Of a stretch of DNA of 57,782 bases, positions 18,821 through 29,046 are shown piece after piece. The position numbers and the translations under genes were made by a program. Origin of the DNA: Verrucomicrobiaceae bacterium (GTDB lineage Bacteria; Verrucomicrobiota; Verrucomicrobiia; Verrucomicrobiales; Akkermansiaceae); contig JAPOLH010000001.1 of the NCBI GenBank assembly GCA_029977225.1, positions 1 through 57,782 of the forward strand. Reading direction: 5' to 3'. The first letter of the stretch is position 1; each line of letters begins with the position of its first letter. The notes below the pieces were generated by a model. It saw only the letters and a list, made by a program, of their open reading frames with translations. It was not told the origin of the DNA and did not search any database.

Positions 18821-19363
18821 TCACTTGATCGGCGGAGTCGGCGCGCGCAGTGGGGCGTTCGGTTTTTTGCCCGTGCTGGACTGTGTGACCCTGCCGCTCG
18901 GGTTGCGATAGGTGGTGGTGCATGTGCCGCTGGGTTGGCAGCGCGTGGTTGAGGTGCCGGAAGTTCTCCCCATGGGGTCGCGAAAGCGCGCTTCGCTGGT
19001 GTGCGCAAAACCTTGGCGCGTGTCTGCCGTGCCGGCGACTCTTCCCATTGAATCACGATAAGTGGTGCGCGCTGTGCCTGCGGTCGAGGCTCTCGTCTCG
19101 GCGGTGCCCGTCATTCGACCCATCGAATCGCGATACTCGGTGCGCGCCGTGCCACTTGGTGCTTGGCGGGTCACGGCGGTACCGGTCACACGCCCCATGG
19201 CATCACGGGTGGTCGATCTTACTGTGCCGCTGGCATCCGTGCGGTGATCGATGGTTTGTACAACTCTTCCGCTGGCATCACGCACCACCTCGCGTGAAGT
19301 TTGTGCCATGGCGGCGGAGCAAAGCATCGTCATGCACAGCAATGCGCAGGTGGGTTTTATCAT
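18821..19363 (-). CDS. Secreted protein made of six 25-aa R-D-x-x-G-R repeats
   Basis: Signal peptide, then RDASGR, RDAMGR, RDSMGR, RDSMGR, RDPMGR and RNPSGR at exact 25-aa spacing. Confidence 0.75.
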   Translation of the reverse strand: MIKPTCALLCMTMLCSAAMAQTSREVVRDASGRVVQTIDHRTDASGTVRSTTRDAMGRVTGTAVTRQAPSGTARTEYRDSMGRMTGTAETRASTAGTARTTYRDSMGRVAGTADTRQGFAHTSEARFRDPMGRTSGTSTTRCQPSGTCTTTYRNPSGRVTQSSTGKKPNAPLRAPTPPIK

Positions 19364-19425
19364 GACAAAACATCTACCGCGGCTCTTTGCTGGGTCAAAT
19401 CGAATCGGCGGCCATGCGTTGTTGA

Positions 19426-19800
19426 TCAGCGCTCGAGGATCTCCACTTCGTAACCATCGGGATCGGTCACGAATGCCATTTTACGACCGCCGGAGGAAAA
19501 TTTTTCGCGCCACGCGGAGGGCCAGATTTCGATGCCGGCTTTTTCGAGTTGGTCGCAGTAGGCGATGATGTCGGGCACGCCGAGAGCAGTGTGCATGAGG
19601 TCCTCGGGGCAAGTGGCGGTGTATTCGGGCGAGTGGCAGAGCTCGAGAAAGACATCGTTGCCGGGGAGCTGCAGGAAGGCGAGACGGTTGCCTTGCGGTG
19701 AGTCTTTCATTTCGCCGGGGGTGTAGCCGAGTTGTTGATAGAAGGCGACCGAGCGGTCGAGGTCGCGCACGCGAATGCGGGTATGGAGGAATCGGATCAT
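19426..19800 (-). CDS. VOC family / lactoylglutathione lyase-like protein
   Basis: LHTRIRVRDLDRSVAFY, LELCH, HTALGV and FVTDPDGYEVE. Confidence 0.88.
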   Translation of the reverse strand: MIRFLHTRIRVRDLDRSVAFYQQLGYTPGEMKDSPQGNRLAFLQLPGNDVFLELCHSPEYTATCPEDLMHTALGVPDIIAYCDQLEKAGIEIWPSAWREKFSSGGRKMAFVTDPDGYEVEILER

Positions 19801-19910
19801 GGCGGGCTCATTGGAGACGATGAAGCGAGTTTTGCCAAATCCGGATTGGATGCGTGTGCGCGGATTGCGTGATTGCGCGGTGTGCGTTGCAGTGCTTTGT
19901 TGATGATGCC

Positions 19911-20360
19911 ATGAAAACGATTGTAGTCGCTGTTGATTTTTCTGATGCCACCAAACGCGTCGTTGCCATGGGCGCGACGCTTGCCAAGGCGCTTGGCGCT
20001 CAATTGTGCTTGTTTCATGCGGTTGAGCCCGAGCCCAGTTACACGGCTTATGGTTTCACGCCCGATGAGTTTCCCGCGTTGCACGCGTATCACGAGGAGG
20101 CCAAGCGGCGGGCAGTGATCAAGCTCGGTGAGTTGCTCGAGATCGCGCATAAGGATGTGCCTGACGCAGTTTCGCAAATCGCCGAAGGTGGCGCGCTATC
20201 GGCATTGCTCGATCATGTGAAGGACAAGCATGCGGACCTTGTGGTGCTTGGCTCACACGGTCATGGGGCGATCGCGGCGCTCTTGCTTGGCAGCGTGGCC
20301 GAAGGCATGTTGCGCAAGGCGGTGGTGCCGACTTTGATCGTGCCGGTGAAAAAGGAGTAA
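19911..20360 (+). CDS. Universal stress protein
   Basis: MKTIVVAVDFS; ADLVVLGSHG...LLGSVAEGMLR. Confidence 0.92.
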   Translation: MKTIVVAVDFSDATKRVVAMGATLAKALGAQLCLFHAVEPEPSYTAYGFTPDEFPALHAYHEEAKRRAVIKLGELLEIAHKDVPDAVSQIAEGGALSALLDHVKDKHADLVVLGSHGHGAIAALLLGSVAEGMLRKAVVPTLIVPVKKE

Positions 20361-20445
20361 AGCTTTAAGGTTCAAGCTTTCAGATTCAAGAGAAGAGGAA
20401 GAGGGCGTGGATTCATTCTTGATCCACGATCTTCACATTCGCACC

Positions 20446-22041
20446 TCACCCGCGGAGTTTGCGCATCACCATCGCGATGGCTTCTTTTGCTTCGGCGACC
20501 TTCATCAGGTTGGCGATGCCGAAGTAGATGACTTGTGCGCCGCCGATGGTGAGCATGAGCCAGAGCGCGCGGCGCCACATCGAGAGCTTGCCGGGATCGG
20601 GGAAGAGCCAGTGGTTGGCTGCGATGCAGACGAGCGACATCGCGGCTGCCGCAATCAAGAGCTTGCCGAGCAGTGAGATCAGCTCGCCACCGCCGATGTC
20701 GCCAGCAAAGCGGCGCATGGCGATGAAGAGGATGAGGAAATTCACCGTGGCGGAAATGCTGGTGGTAAGGGCGAGCGACTCGTGGCCCCAGCGCATCACG
20801 AAGACGAAGAACCAGTTGAAGGCGAGGTTGAGTACTAGCGCGAGGATGCTGACCATCATCGGTAGCCAGCGTTTGTCGACGGCGTAGAAGGCGGGTTGCA
20901 GAACCTTGAGCCAGGCGTAACCGAGCAGGCCGTAGGCGTAGGCGCGAAGCGCGGCGGCGGTTTGCAAGCGATCCTGCGCATCGAAGGCCCCGCGCTCGTA
21001 GAGCAAGCTCACGATCGGGTCTGCCAACAAGATGAGTCCCAGTGATGAGGGCAGCACGAGAAACGCAACGAGGCGCAGGCCTTTTGACAGCGTGCTTCTG
21101 AAATCATCGGTCACGCCATCGGTCGCAGCGCGCGAAAGTGCGGGCAGCGTTACGGTTGCCACCGCGACGCCGAACACGCCGATTGGCAGTTGCATCAGGC
21201 GAAAGGCATAGCTGAGCCAACTCACCGCGCCCTCGCCGACGCCGTAGGCAAACATCGAGTTGATCACTACATTCACCTGCACGACCGATGAGGCAATCAC
21301 CGCCGGACCCATGAGCTTGAGAATTTGGCGCACGCCAGAGTCATTCCAGCGGAAGTCGGCGACGAAGCGATAGCCGACGCGGCGCAGCGCGGGAAATTGG
21401 CAGACCAGTTGCGCCATGCCGCCAATCACCACGCCAATCGAGAATCCGACGAGGCTTTGTTTTCCCCATGTCGGATCCATCCACCAGCCGATCGCCGCGC
21501 CACCGATCATCGATCCGAGGTTGAAAAAACACGACGACAGCGCCGGCATGCCAAAGACATTGCGTGCGTTGAGCATGCCCATCACCAGCGCAGCGAGTGA
21601 GACCAGCAGGATGAAGGGGTACATCACGCGGACCATTGTGATGGTGAGCGCGATTTCCTCCGGGTTGTAATCGCGCGCGGTTGAGCTTGAGCGTGAGAGC
21701 GAGGTGAGAAATTCGACGATCCATGGCGCTACGGCCACGCCGATGAGTGTGATCACTCCCATGGCGACGGCGGCGAGCGTCATCACCTTGTTGGCAAGCT
21801 CCCATGCCGAGGCTTCGCCTTCCGATTTGAGTTTCTTGGAAAAGGTGGTGACGAATGCCTGCGAGAGCGCGCCTTCGGCAAACAGGTCGCGCAGGAGATT
21901 GGGCACTTTGAATGCCAGATAGAAGCAATCCATCCAGCGGCTACCGCCGAAGAGGCCGGCAAACATCATTTCGCGCAGCAGTCCCAGCACGCGGCTGGCC
22001 ATGACTGCCGCGCTGACTTTCCATGTGGCTTTGGCGGACAT
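20446..22041 (-). CDS. murJ: Lipid II flippase MurJ
   Basis: SRVLGLLRE, FKVPNLLRDLFAEGALSQAFV and YAFRLMQLPIGVFG. Confidence 0.95.
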   Translation of the reverse strand: MSAKATWKVSAAVMASRVLGLLREMMFAGLFGGSRWMDCFYLAFKVPNLLRDLFAEGALSQAFVTTFSKKLKSEGEASAWELANKVMTLAAVAMGVITLIGVAVAPWIVEFLTSLSRSSSTARDYNPEEIALTITMVRVMYPFILLVSLAALVMGMLNARNVFGMPALSSCFFNLGSMIGGAAIGWWMDPTWGKQSLVGFSIGVVIGGMAQLVCQFPALRRVGYRFVADFRWNDSGVRQILKLMGPAVIASSVVQVNVVINSMFAYGVGEGAVSWLSYAFRLMQLPIGVFGVAVATVTLPALSRAATDGVTDDFRSTLSKGLRLVAFLVLPSSLGLILLADPIVSLLYERGAFDAQDRLQTAAALRAYAYGLLGYAWLKVLQPAFYAVDKRWLPMMVSILALVLNLAFNWFFVFVMRWGHESLALTTSISATVNFLILFIAMRRFAGDIGGGELISLLGKLLIAAAAMSLVCIAANHWLFPDPGKLSMWRRALWLMLTIGGAQVIYFGIANLMKVAEAKEAIAMVMRKLRG

Positions 22042-22064
22042 GGCTTGCGCTTGGATTTTTTATA

Positions 22065-23960
22065 TCAAGCGAGGCGTGCGAGTACCTTGCTTGCGGCGAC
22101 TTCGGCAGTAAGGCCGTGTAGTTCGCGAAGCGTGTCGGGCTTGCCGTGTTCGATGAATTCATCGGGCCATGCGATGCGCTCGACCGGCGTGTGGATGCCC
22201 GCGTCGTGGAGGTGATCGATCACCGCGGCGCCGAAACCATGAAGCATCACATGGTCTTCAAAGGTGCAGAGCACGCGGCACTTGCGCGCGTAGGTATCGA
22301 GCACTTCGGTATCGAGCGGTTTGATGAAACGCGGATTGATCAAAGCGACCGAGAGCCCTTGGGCTTCGAGCATTTCCTTTGTGCGCTCGGCCATTTCAAA
22401 CATCGTGCCGAGCCCGAAGAGTGCTACATCGGTACCATCGGCGACGACCTCGGCCTTGCCGATTTCGAGCAACTGCCGCTGCTCCTTTACCGGCGTGCTG
22501 CGGATTGGGCCGCGCGGGTAGCGGATCGCCGACGGGCCTGCATCGTAGGTGGCCATCGTGTGGAGCATGTCGACAAATTCGTTTTCATCCTTCGGCTGCA
22601 TGTGCACGAGACCAGGGATGTGGCGCAGGTAGCCGATGTCGAAGAGGCCATGGTGGGTTGGGCCGTCATCGCCGGAGAGGCCGCCGCGATCCATGCAAAG
22701 TCGCACCGGCAGGTTTTGCAGTGCGATGTCATGGATGATCATGTCGTAGGCGCGCTGCATGAAGGTCGAGTAAATCGCGAGGAAGGGGCGGAAGCCCTCG
22801 GTGGCAAGACCGCAGGCAAAAAGCGCGGCGTGTTCCTCGGCGATGCCGACATCGTAGTAGCGTTCGGGAATTTCCTTTTTGAAGATCTCGAGCTTCGTGC
22901 CGCCGGGCATCGCCGCGGTGATGGCGACGAGCTTCGGATCATTTTTTGCGATGTCGGTCACGGTGCGACCGAAGAGGTCCGAGCAGGTGGGCGTGTTGAC
23001 CGCGGCAGTGGAGCCATCGTCGATTTGATAGGTGCCGAGGCCGTGGAATTTTCCTGGGTTGTCGAGAGCGGGTTGGTAGCCGCGGCCTTTTTCGGTGATG
23101 ATGTGAAGGACGACCGGTTCGTTGAGCGTCTTGAGGTGCTCGAAGGTGCGGACCAGCAGTGGAATGTCGTGGCCGTCGATCGGGCCGAAGTAGCGCAGCC
23201 CGAATTTCTCGAACAGCACATTGGGAAACAGCAGGTTTTTCGCGCCTTCCTCCATGCGGTGGGCGAGGCTGCGCGCGGTTTTGCCGGCGATTTTTTCGAC
23301 AAACTCCGCGGCCTTGGCGCGCACTGAGGCATAGGTGTGGTGGGTTTGCAGCGCGTTGAAATAACGGGCGATGGCACCGACATTTTTATCGATCGACCAC
23401 TCATTGTCGTTGAGCACGACGATGAACTTGCGCGTTGTCTCGGAGATGTTGTTGAGCGCCTCCAAAGTCGGGCCACACGTAAAGGCCGCATCACCGGCGA
23501 CAGCGACCACATGGTTGTCGCGACCAGCGAGATCGCGTGCTGCGGCCATTCCAAGCGCGGCCGAGAGTGCGGTGCCGGCGTGACCTGCGCCATAGGCGTC
23601 GTGCTCGGACTCCGAACGAAGGAGGAACCCATTGAGGCCTTTGTAGGTGCGGATCGTTTGGATGCGATCGGCGCGGCCGGTGAGCATCTTGTGGACATAG
23701 CCCTGGTGGGCCACATCGAAAACGAACTTGTCCTTGGGTGTGGAAAATACGCGATGCAGCGCGATGCTCAGCTCGACGACGCCAAGGTTCGGCCCAAGGT
23801 GGCCGCCGGTTTGCGATAGCGAGGTGATGAGCGAGTGGCGGATCTCCGCTGCCAAATCCGGTAGCTCCGCATCGGCGATTTTTTTGACATCATCGGGGGA
23901 CTGGATCGCGCGCAAGAGCGGGCCGAGCGCGGGGGGCTTAGAAGAGTCGGATGTCATCAT
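22065..23960 (-). CDS. dxs: 1-deoxy-D-xylulose-5-phosphate synthase
   Basis: GGHLGPNLGVVEL, FDVAHQGYVHK, LNDNEWSI, DVGIAEEHA and DGPTHHG. Confidence 0.97.
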   Translation of the reverse strand: MMTSDSSKPPALGPLLRAIQSPDDVKKIADAELPDLAAEIRHSLITSLSQTGGHLGPNLGVVELSIALHRVFSTPKDKFVFDVAHQGYVHKMLTGRADRIQTIRTYKGLNGFLLRSESEHDAYGAGHAGTALSAALGMAAARDLAGRDNHVVAVAGDAAFTCGPTLEALNNISETTRKFIVVLNDNEWSIDKNVGAIARYFNALQTHHTYASVRAKAAEFVEKIAGKTARSLAHRMEEGAKNLLFPNVLFEKFGLRYFGPIDGHDIPLLVRTFEHLKTLNEPVVLHIITEKGRGYQPALDNPGKFHGLGTYQIDDGSTAAVNTPTCSDLFGRTVTDIAKNDPKLVAITAAMPGGTKLEIFKKEIPERYYDVGIAEEHAALFACGLATEGFRPFLAIYSTFMQRAYDMIIHDIALQNLPVRLCMDRGGLSGDDGPTHHGLFDIGYLRHIPGLVHMQPKDENEFVDMLHTMATYDAGPSAIRYPRGPIRSTPVKEQRQLLEIGKAEVVADGTDVALFGLGTMFEMAERTKEMLEAQGLSVALINPRFIKPLDTEVLDTYARKCRVLCTFEDHVMLHGFGAAVIDHLHDAGIHTPVERIAWPDEFIEHGKPDTLRELHGLTAEVAASKVLARLA

Positions 23961-24258
23961 CGTCGGTGTCGTCCGTTGATTCGGACTGGGAATGGGCGGC
24001 GGTCTGTGTGCCGGTTTTGGTGGGTGATTCAGTGGCTTCGTTGCGCAGGGTGATCAACTCGATGCGTTCGCGCGCGGAATCAAGAATCGATTCGCAGCGT
24101 TTGAGCAAGGCTGATCCTTTTTCGTAGTGGGAAACAAGATCCTCGAGGGGGAGATTTTCGTGTTCCATGGCCTCGACGATCGACTCGAGCCCGGCGAGGG
24201 CGTCTTCGAAAGACGGTTCTAATTGCCCTTCATCGGGACTGGTTTTGCGGCGTGCCAT
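23938..24258 (-). CDS. xseB: Exodeoxyribonuclease VII small subunit
   Basis: SFEDALAGLESIV..ME..LPLEDLVSHYEKG; adjacent to dxs. Confidence 0.92.
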   Translation of the reverse strand: MARRKTSPDEGQLEPSFEDALAGLESIVEAMEHENLPLEDLVSHYEKGSALLKRCESILDSARERIELITLRNEATESPTKTGTQTAAHSQSESTDDTDDDDIRLF

Positions 24259-24265
24259 GGTTTGA

Positions 24266-26086
24266 TCAGGGGGTGATTTTGGATTTCGATTGGATGGCCG
24301 TTTCGCTGTAATAGATCATGTCCATGCCGACGAGCATTTGGCGGTAGGGATAGCGCCGCGTGATGTTCTGAATGCGGGTGTTCTTGTCGTTGATCGGGAT
24401 GCCAGGCGGGTAGGTGGCTTGGATCACCCGACCATCGAGCACCAGCGAGGTAAAGTCCTTGTAAAGGTTTGCCACTTCAGAAACCGGGCCCGAGCTGTGC
24501 GACGAGGGAGAAATCAGGATCCCCGCGACTGGTGTCTGAAGGTCGGCTGCGATGGTTTCGAGTTTTTGGAAGCCTTCGCGGGAGGGTGGCAACCAGATGC
24601 TGATGCGATCGGCATACCAAGCGACGGCCCATGGTTGATCCGAAAAAACCACCTGTTTCGGTGTGGTCCAGCCTTTCACTCCTTGCTCTTCGCTGTTCAG
24701 AGCTGGGGCGTAATATGGAGGCCAGTGCGGCACGCCTCCGCGGTTGCTGAGGTGCATGCCGACTCGCACTTTTGAGGGCAGGGCAAGCACGAGGGGCAGT
24801 GAGCAAATGCCTACAATCACGAAGTGGTGTACATTTTGTAGGATCGGCGTTGAGCTGATGAATTCAAGGCGGTTCCAGAGGATTGAAATCAACGCCAGAC
24901 CGTAGGCCGTCATGATAGGGGCAAACAGCAGATGAAGCTGGTTTGGGTCGAGGGGCTTGGTGGTAATACCGAAGATCGCCAAACCGAATGCGGTGGTGAT
25001 CCACATCAGGAGAATCGCCCAGCGAAAATTGGCAATCGATTTTCGTTTAAAGGGATGGAGCAGCGAGAGGAAAAACAGCGGCGCGACCACGATGCCGGCA
25101 AGCAACGGCACAATGTCGGTGGCTTGGATGAGGGTCATGCGAAGGACCTTGGCAATGAGGCCGTCGAGCACGAGCGGCTCGGCTTCGAGGTCAGTATTGC
25201 GCATGACGGTGGTCTCGGTGCCATTGCCGAGTCCGTTGTAAAGCGTGAGGAAAGCGGTTCCGAATGGTGAACCAGAGATATCAATATTTCGGATGATCGG
25301 CCCGATGGCGGCGACCAGCAGGATGCCGAGGATCGCGATGCCGACGATGCCGCGCGGGCGGAAAGCGATGGCAGCATAGAGGATGTACCCGAGCGAGATC
25401 CACACCGTCATCCAGTGCGTGAGGGCCAACAGGGTAAAGAAGATGCCGGCGATGATTGCCTGCGTCATGGCGATGCGGCCTTCCGTCGCCGCTTCGGTCG
25501 CGCGATAGACGAAGTAGATGCCGCAAGAGAACAGCATTAGCATCAGCATCTGCGGCAGGCCGCTGAGCGAGTAGTTCCACAGGGTTTCGCAGAACAGCAT
25601 CAGGATGGCGCAGACGCCTGCGATTTTTGCGTCGAAGATACGAGAGACGAGCAGGTAGTTCACGCCAATGGCGATGAGGAAAAAGAGTGTCGATACGGTG
25701 GCGATGACGCGATCGAGCGGGAACACCATTTCGTTTTCGCTCATTTGCCAGGCATCAGGCTTGTCGCCTCCGATCACTTTGAGCACGGCGGCATTGAGCA
25801 AGGGGTTGAGCGGCGAGTGATAGGTGTCTTGGAAGCCCTGAAGCGGGACGGCGCGGCGCTCGGTTTTTTCCGCCTGATAGTAGGCGACGGGGCGAATCAT
25901 CTTGGTCGCAAAGCCATTGCCGCGGGCGATCTCGCGGGCGATCTGGGCTTGGTCCATGGCCTGTGGGGAGTTGAGGCCGCGAAAGAGGGTGAAGAGGTTG
26001 CCCAAGGTCAGGATGATCAGAACGATGAAGAAGAGGCTTCTTCTGATCAGTGAACCGGCAATAAATGAGGAGAGATCGTGGGGCAT
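24266..26086 (-). CDS. Multi-TM GT-C fold (PMT/ArnT-like) glycosyltransferase, putative
   Basis: First TM followed by a loop MDQAQIAREIARG..YHSPLNP, many TM helices, and a C-terminal periplasmic domain (SDQPWAVAWY). Confidence 0.6.
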   Translation of the reverse strand: MPHDLSSFIAGSLIRRSLFFIVLIILTLGNLFTLFRGLNSPQAMDQAQIAREIARGNGFATKMIRPVAYYQAEKTERRAVPLQGFQDTYHSPLNPLLNAAVLKVIGGDKPDAWQMSENEMVFPLDRVIATVSTLFFLIAIGVNYLLVSRIFDAKIAGVCAILMLFCETLWNYSLSGLPQMLMLMLFSCGIYFVYRATEAATEGRIAMTQAIIAGIFFTLLALTHWMTVWISLGYILYAAIAFRPRGIVGIAILGILLVAAIGPIIRNIDISGSPFGTAFLTLYNGLGNGTETTVMRNTDLEAEPLVLDGLIAKVLRMTLIQATDIVPLLAGIVVAPLFFLSLLHPFKRKSIANFRWAILLMWITTAFGLAIFGITTKPLDPNQLHLLFAPIMTAYGLALISILWNRLEFISSTPILQNVHHFVIVGICSLPLVLALPSKVRVGMHLSNRGGVPHWPPYYAPALNSEEQGVKGWTTPKQVVFSDQPWAVAWYADRISIWLPPSREGFQKLETIAADLQTPVAGILISPSSHSSGPVSEVANLYKDFTSLVLDGRVIQATYPPGIPINDKNTRIQNITRRYPYRQMLVGMDMIYYSETAIQSKSKITP

Positions 26087-26108
26087 GATGGGTTGGGCTT
26101 GAGGCGGC

Positions 26109-27473
26109 TCAGATGCCGAGTTCTTTCAATTTTCGCTGGAGGGTTCTGCGACTGAGGCCGAGAAGCTCCGCAGCGCGCGTTCGGTTGCCGTCTGAGGAGG
26201 CGAGGGCGGCGCGGATGGCCTTCGCTTCAAGCACATGCAAGTTCAATTCCATTGGATCATCAAGGGAGTTTTTGGAAATCGCCGACCGCTTGATGAATCC
26301 CGGTGCTTGTTGGAGGAAGTTGGGCAAATGGCGAGCATCGATTTGCGAGTCGTTGCTCATCACGACGCCGTGCTCGATCGCGGTCCGAAGTTCGCGGACA
26401 TTTCCCGGCCACGGGTAAGAGAGCAGGAGCTTGAGCGCCTCGTCGGTGAGCGGTTTGAGCGGGCGTTGGTTTTCTTTGGCGAACTCAGCGAGAAAACTGT
26501 TGGCCAGCAAGACGATGTCCTCGCGGCGGTTGCGCAGCGGCGGCATTTCGATTTTGACCACGTTGAGGCGGAAGTAGAGGTCCTCGCGGAAGGTGCCGGC
26601 ATCGACCATCTCGCGCAGATTGCGGTTGGTGGCGGCGATGACGCGGACGTCGACCTTCACGGGCGTGTTTGAGCCGACGCGTTCGAGGCTGCGCTCGGAG
26701 AGGACACGCAGCAGCTTGATCTGGGTGGCGGCGTCGATTTCGCCGATTTCGTCCAGAAAGATCGTGCCGCCATCGGCTTGCTCGAAGCGGCCGATGCGGC
26801 GTTGCGCGGCACCGGTGAAAGCGCCCTTTTCATGGCCGAAAAGTTCACTTTCAAGAAGTTGCGGCGAGAGAGCGGCGCAGTGGACGGTGACCATCTTTGA
26901 GGCTGGGCGGCCGGAAAGGTGGTGGATCATGTGGGCGACGACTTCCTTGCCGGTGCCGGACTCGCCTTCGATGAGCACAGTGGCGCGGGTGGGGGAAACT
27001 TGCTGAATGAGTTCGGAAACTTTTTGGATCTCGAGCGATTTGCCGATGAGGCGGTCGAGTTTGTGGGACTTGGCGACTTGCTGGGTGAGCTGTTTGTTTT
27101 CCGTCTCGAGGTTGCGGCTGCGAAGCGCGCGCTTGAGGAGCATTTCGACCTCGTCGAGGTTGAGCGGCTTGGTGACGAAATGCCAGGCGCCGTGGCGCAT
27201 CGCCTCGACGGCAGTGTCGACCGAGCCGTAGGCGGTCATCATCAGCGCGACCGGTGGATCTGGCAGGGCGAGCGCGGCGTCGAGCACCTGCATGCCCGAG
27301 TCGCCACCAAGGCGCAGATCGGTGAGCAGAAGCTGGATGTGCTCACTTTTCAAAATCGTGGCCGCCTCGCTCGCGTTGGCGGCGGTGTAGATGTCGAATT
27401 CCTCCTCCAGTGCGCTGCGCAGCCCCTCGCGGGTGGCGCGTTCGTCATCGACAATGAGCAGGGTGGGCAACAT
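26109..27473 (-). CDS. Sigma54-dependent NtrC/AtoC-family response regulator
   Basis: REC domain (LIVDDE, LLTDL), Walker [30 protein letters not shown] and a Fis-type HTH. Confidence 0.95.
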   Translation of the reverse strand: MLPTLLIVDDERATREGLRSALEEEFDIYTAANASEAATILKSEHIQLLLTDLRLGGDSGMQVLDAALALPDPPVALMMTAYGSVDTAVEAMRHGAWHFVTKPLNLDEVEMLLKRALRSRNLETENKQLTQQVAKSHKLDRLIGKSLEIQKVSELIQQVSPTRATVLIEGESGTGKEVVAHMIHHLSGRPASKMVTVHCAALSPQLLESELFGHEKGAFTGAAQRRIGRFEQADGGTIFLDEIGEIDAATQIKLLRVLSERSLERVGSNTPVKVDVRVIAATNRNLREMVDAGTFREDLYFRLNVVKIEMPPLRNRREDIVLLANSFLAEFAKENQRPLKPLTDEALKLLLSYPWPGNVRELRTAIEHGVVMSNDSQIDARHLPNFLQQAPGFIKRSAISKNSLDDPMELNLHVLEAKAIRAALASSDGNRTRAAELLGLSRRTLQRKLKELGI

Positions 27474-27499
27474 GGAAAAACGGGGTGGAAATTTTGCGG

Positions 27500-28672
27500 C
27501 TAGTGGAGATCGATCACCGATTCGGGAGCGCCGAGCAGTCGCACTGGGCGCTCGCCACGCGGCAAGTGAATCGTGACGCGCGTGCCTTTGTTCTCTTCGC
27601 TTTCGATGGAAATTTCACCGCCATGTTCGCGCACGATACGGCGCACGATGAGCAGGCCAAGGCCATTGCCTGAGGCTTTGGTCGTGCGGTACGGCTCGAA
27701 CAGCGTGCCCATGTGCTCGGGCGAAATGCCGGTGCCGTTGTCTTCGATGGAGATGACCGTTTCGTAATCGTTGAATCCGGTGCGCACGGTGATTTTTCCA
27801 CCATCCCCGGGCAGTGCTTGGTACGCGTTGCGAATGAGGTTGTGGAAAACCTGCTGAAACTGCCCAGCATCGACCATGGCTCGCGGCATCGATTTGGCGA
27901 GGTCGAGCTCGACTGGGATGGAGCGCGATTCGAGCTCGGTGTGAAGCAACTCGAGCGTGTCGTGTAGGATGCGGTGGAGATCGTGGCGCTCGCGTTGCGG
28001 GCTCGTCGGGCGAATGGCGCTGAGGAACTGCTTGAGGATTGTGTCGAGGCGGCGGATTTCGTCGCGGGCAGTGGCGAGGTTTTTTTCGAGAGGCTGACGC
28101 TCGCCCGGTGACAGTTGGCGCAATTTACGGCCAAGCAACTGCAAGTGAATGTCGAGTGAGTTGAGCGGGTTGCCGATTTCGTGGGCGACGCCCGCAGCCA
28201 AAAGCGTGAGAGCGTTGTGGCGTTCCGACTCGAGGATTTCTTCCGCCTCGGCACGGGTGCTGGTGAGGTCGCGAAACAGCATCACATAACCCGCCGGGTC
28301 GAGCGGATCGAGATCGTCAATGGGCGCGAGGTAAAAATTCAAAAACCGATGCTCCGGATAAAAGACCTCAAGGTCGCGGCTCACGGTGCGACCAGGTTTT
28401 CCAAGCATCGACCAATCAAGCCCCCGCACCTTTGCGGAGAGCCGCTCGCCGACCGAGGCCTCAGGGTCAATCCCCAGCAAGCGTCCGGCCGCGCCATTCA
28501 CAAATCCGATCACCCCATCGATGTCGAGCAGGATCACCCCCTCCTGCATCGCCTCGAAAACATTTTCCAGAAAGCTGTTCTCACGCGCCAGCCGCGTGAC
28601 GATCTGCTGCACCTCGCCGTGCTCGACGCGGTCCAGCCGGGTCATGAGTTTTTGGATGAAGCGCGATTTCAC
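27500..28672 (-). CDS. Cytoplasmic PAS sensor histidine kinase
   Basis: PAS domain (EGVILLDIDG..FVNGAA), H-box AHEIGNPL, N-box NLIRNA, DNGTGI and GNGLGL. No TM. GTG start assumed. Confidence 0.92.
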   Translation of the reverse strand: MKSRFIQKLMTRLDRVEHGEVQQIVTRLARENSFLENVFEAMQEGVILLDIDGVIGFVNGAAGRLLGIDPEASVGERLSAKVRGLDWSMLGKPGRTVSRDLEVFYPEHRFLNFYLAPIDDLDPLDPAGYVMLFRDLTSTRAEAEEILESERHNALTLLAAGVAHEIGNPLNSLDIHLQLLGRKLRQLSPGERQPLEKNLATARDEIRRLDTILKQFLSAIRPTSPQRERHDLHRILHDTLELLHTELESRSIPVELDLAKSMPRAMVDAGQFQQVFHNLIRNAYQALPGDGGKITVRTGFNDYETVISIEDNGTGISPEHMGTLFEPYRTTKASGNGLGLLIVRRIVREHGGEISIESEENKGTRVTIHLPRGERPVRLLGAPESVIDLH

Positions 28673-28714
28673 GGAAAGTTTGCCAGAGGGTGATTTTCGG
28701 TGTTGAGAGAGGGC

Positions 28715-29044
28715 ATGGAGAGCATTCGACTGGTGATATGCAGCTTCCCCGATCTCGATTCGGCGCGACAGATTGGCACACTTCTGGTGGAAAGGCAACT
28801 GGCGGCCTGCGTGAATCTGCTGCCTGGCGCCGAGTCGATCTATCGCTGGCAGGGCAAGGTCGAGTCCGCCCCTGAGGTAATGGCGCTCTTCAAAACCACC
28901 GAGGCGCTTATGCCAGCGTTCGAAACGATCCTTGCCGAGCTCCACCCCTACGAGGTCCCGGAAATCATCGCGATCCAACCCGATGCCGTCTCAGAACCTT
29001 ACCGCACTTGGTTGCTGCAAAGCGCGCGCCCGGCCGATCAATAG
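28715..29044 (+). CDS. cutA: Divalent-cation tolerance protein CutA
   Basis: LAACVN, SIYRWQGKVE and LHPYEVPEI. Confidence 0.95.
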   Translation: MESIRLVICSFPDLDSARQIGTLLVERQLAACVNLLPGAESIYRWQGKVESAPEVMALFKTTEALMPAFETILAELHPYEVPEIIAIQPDAVSEPYRTWLLQSARPADQ

Positions 29045-29046
29045 TC

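Noticed and set aside
18880-19290. 75-nt periodic repeats as a CRISPR array
   Set aside because: The repeats are degenerate at codon level and in frame within an ORF; there are no identical direct repeats and no cas genes.
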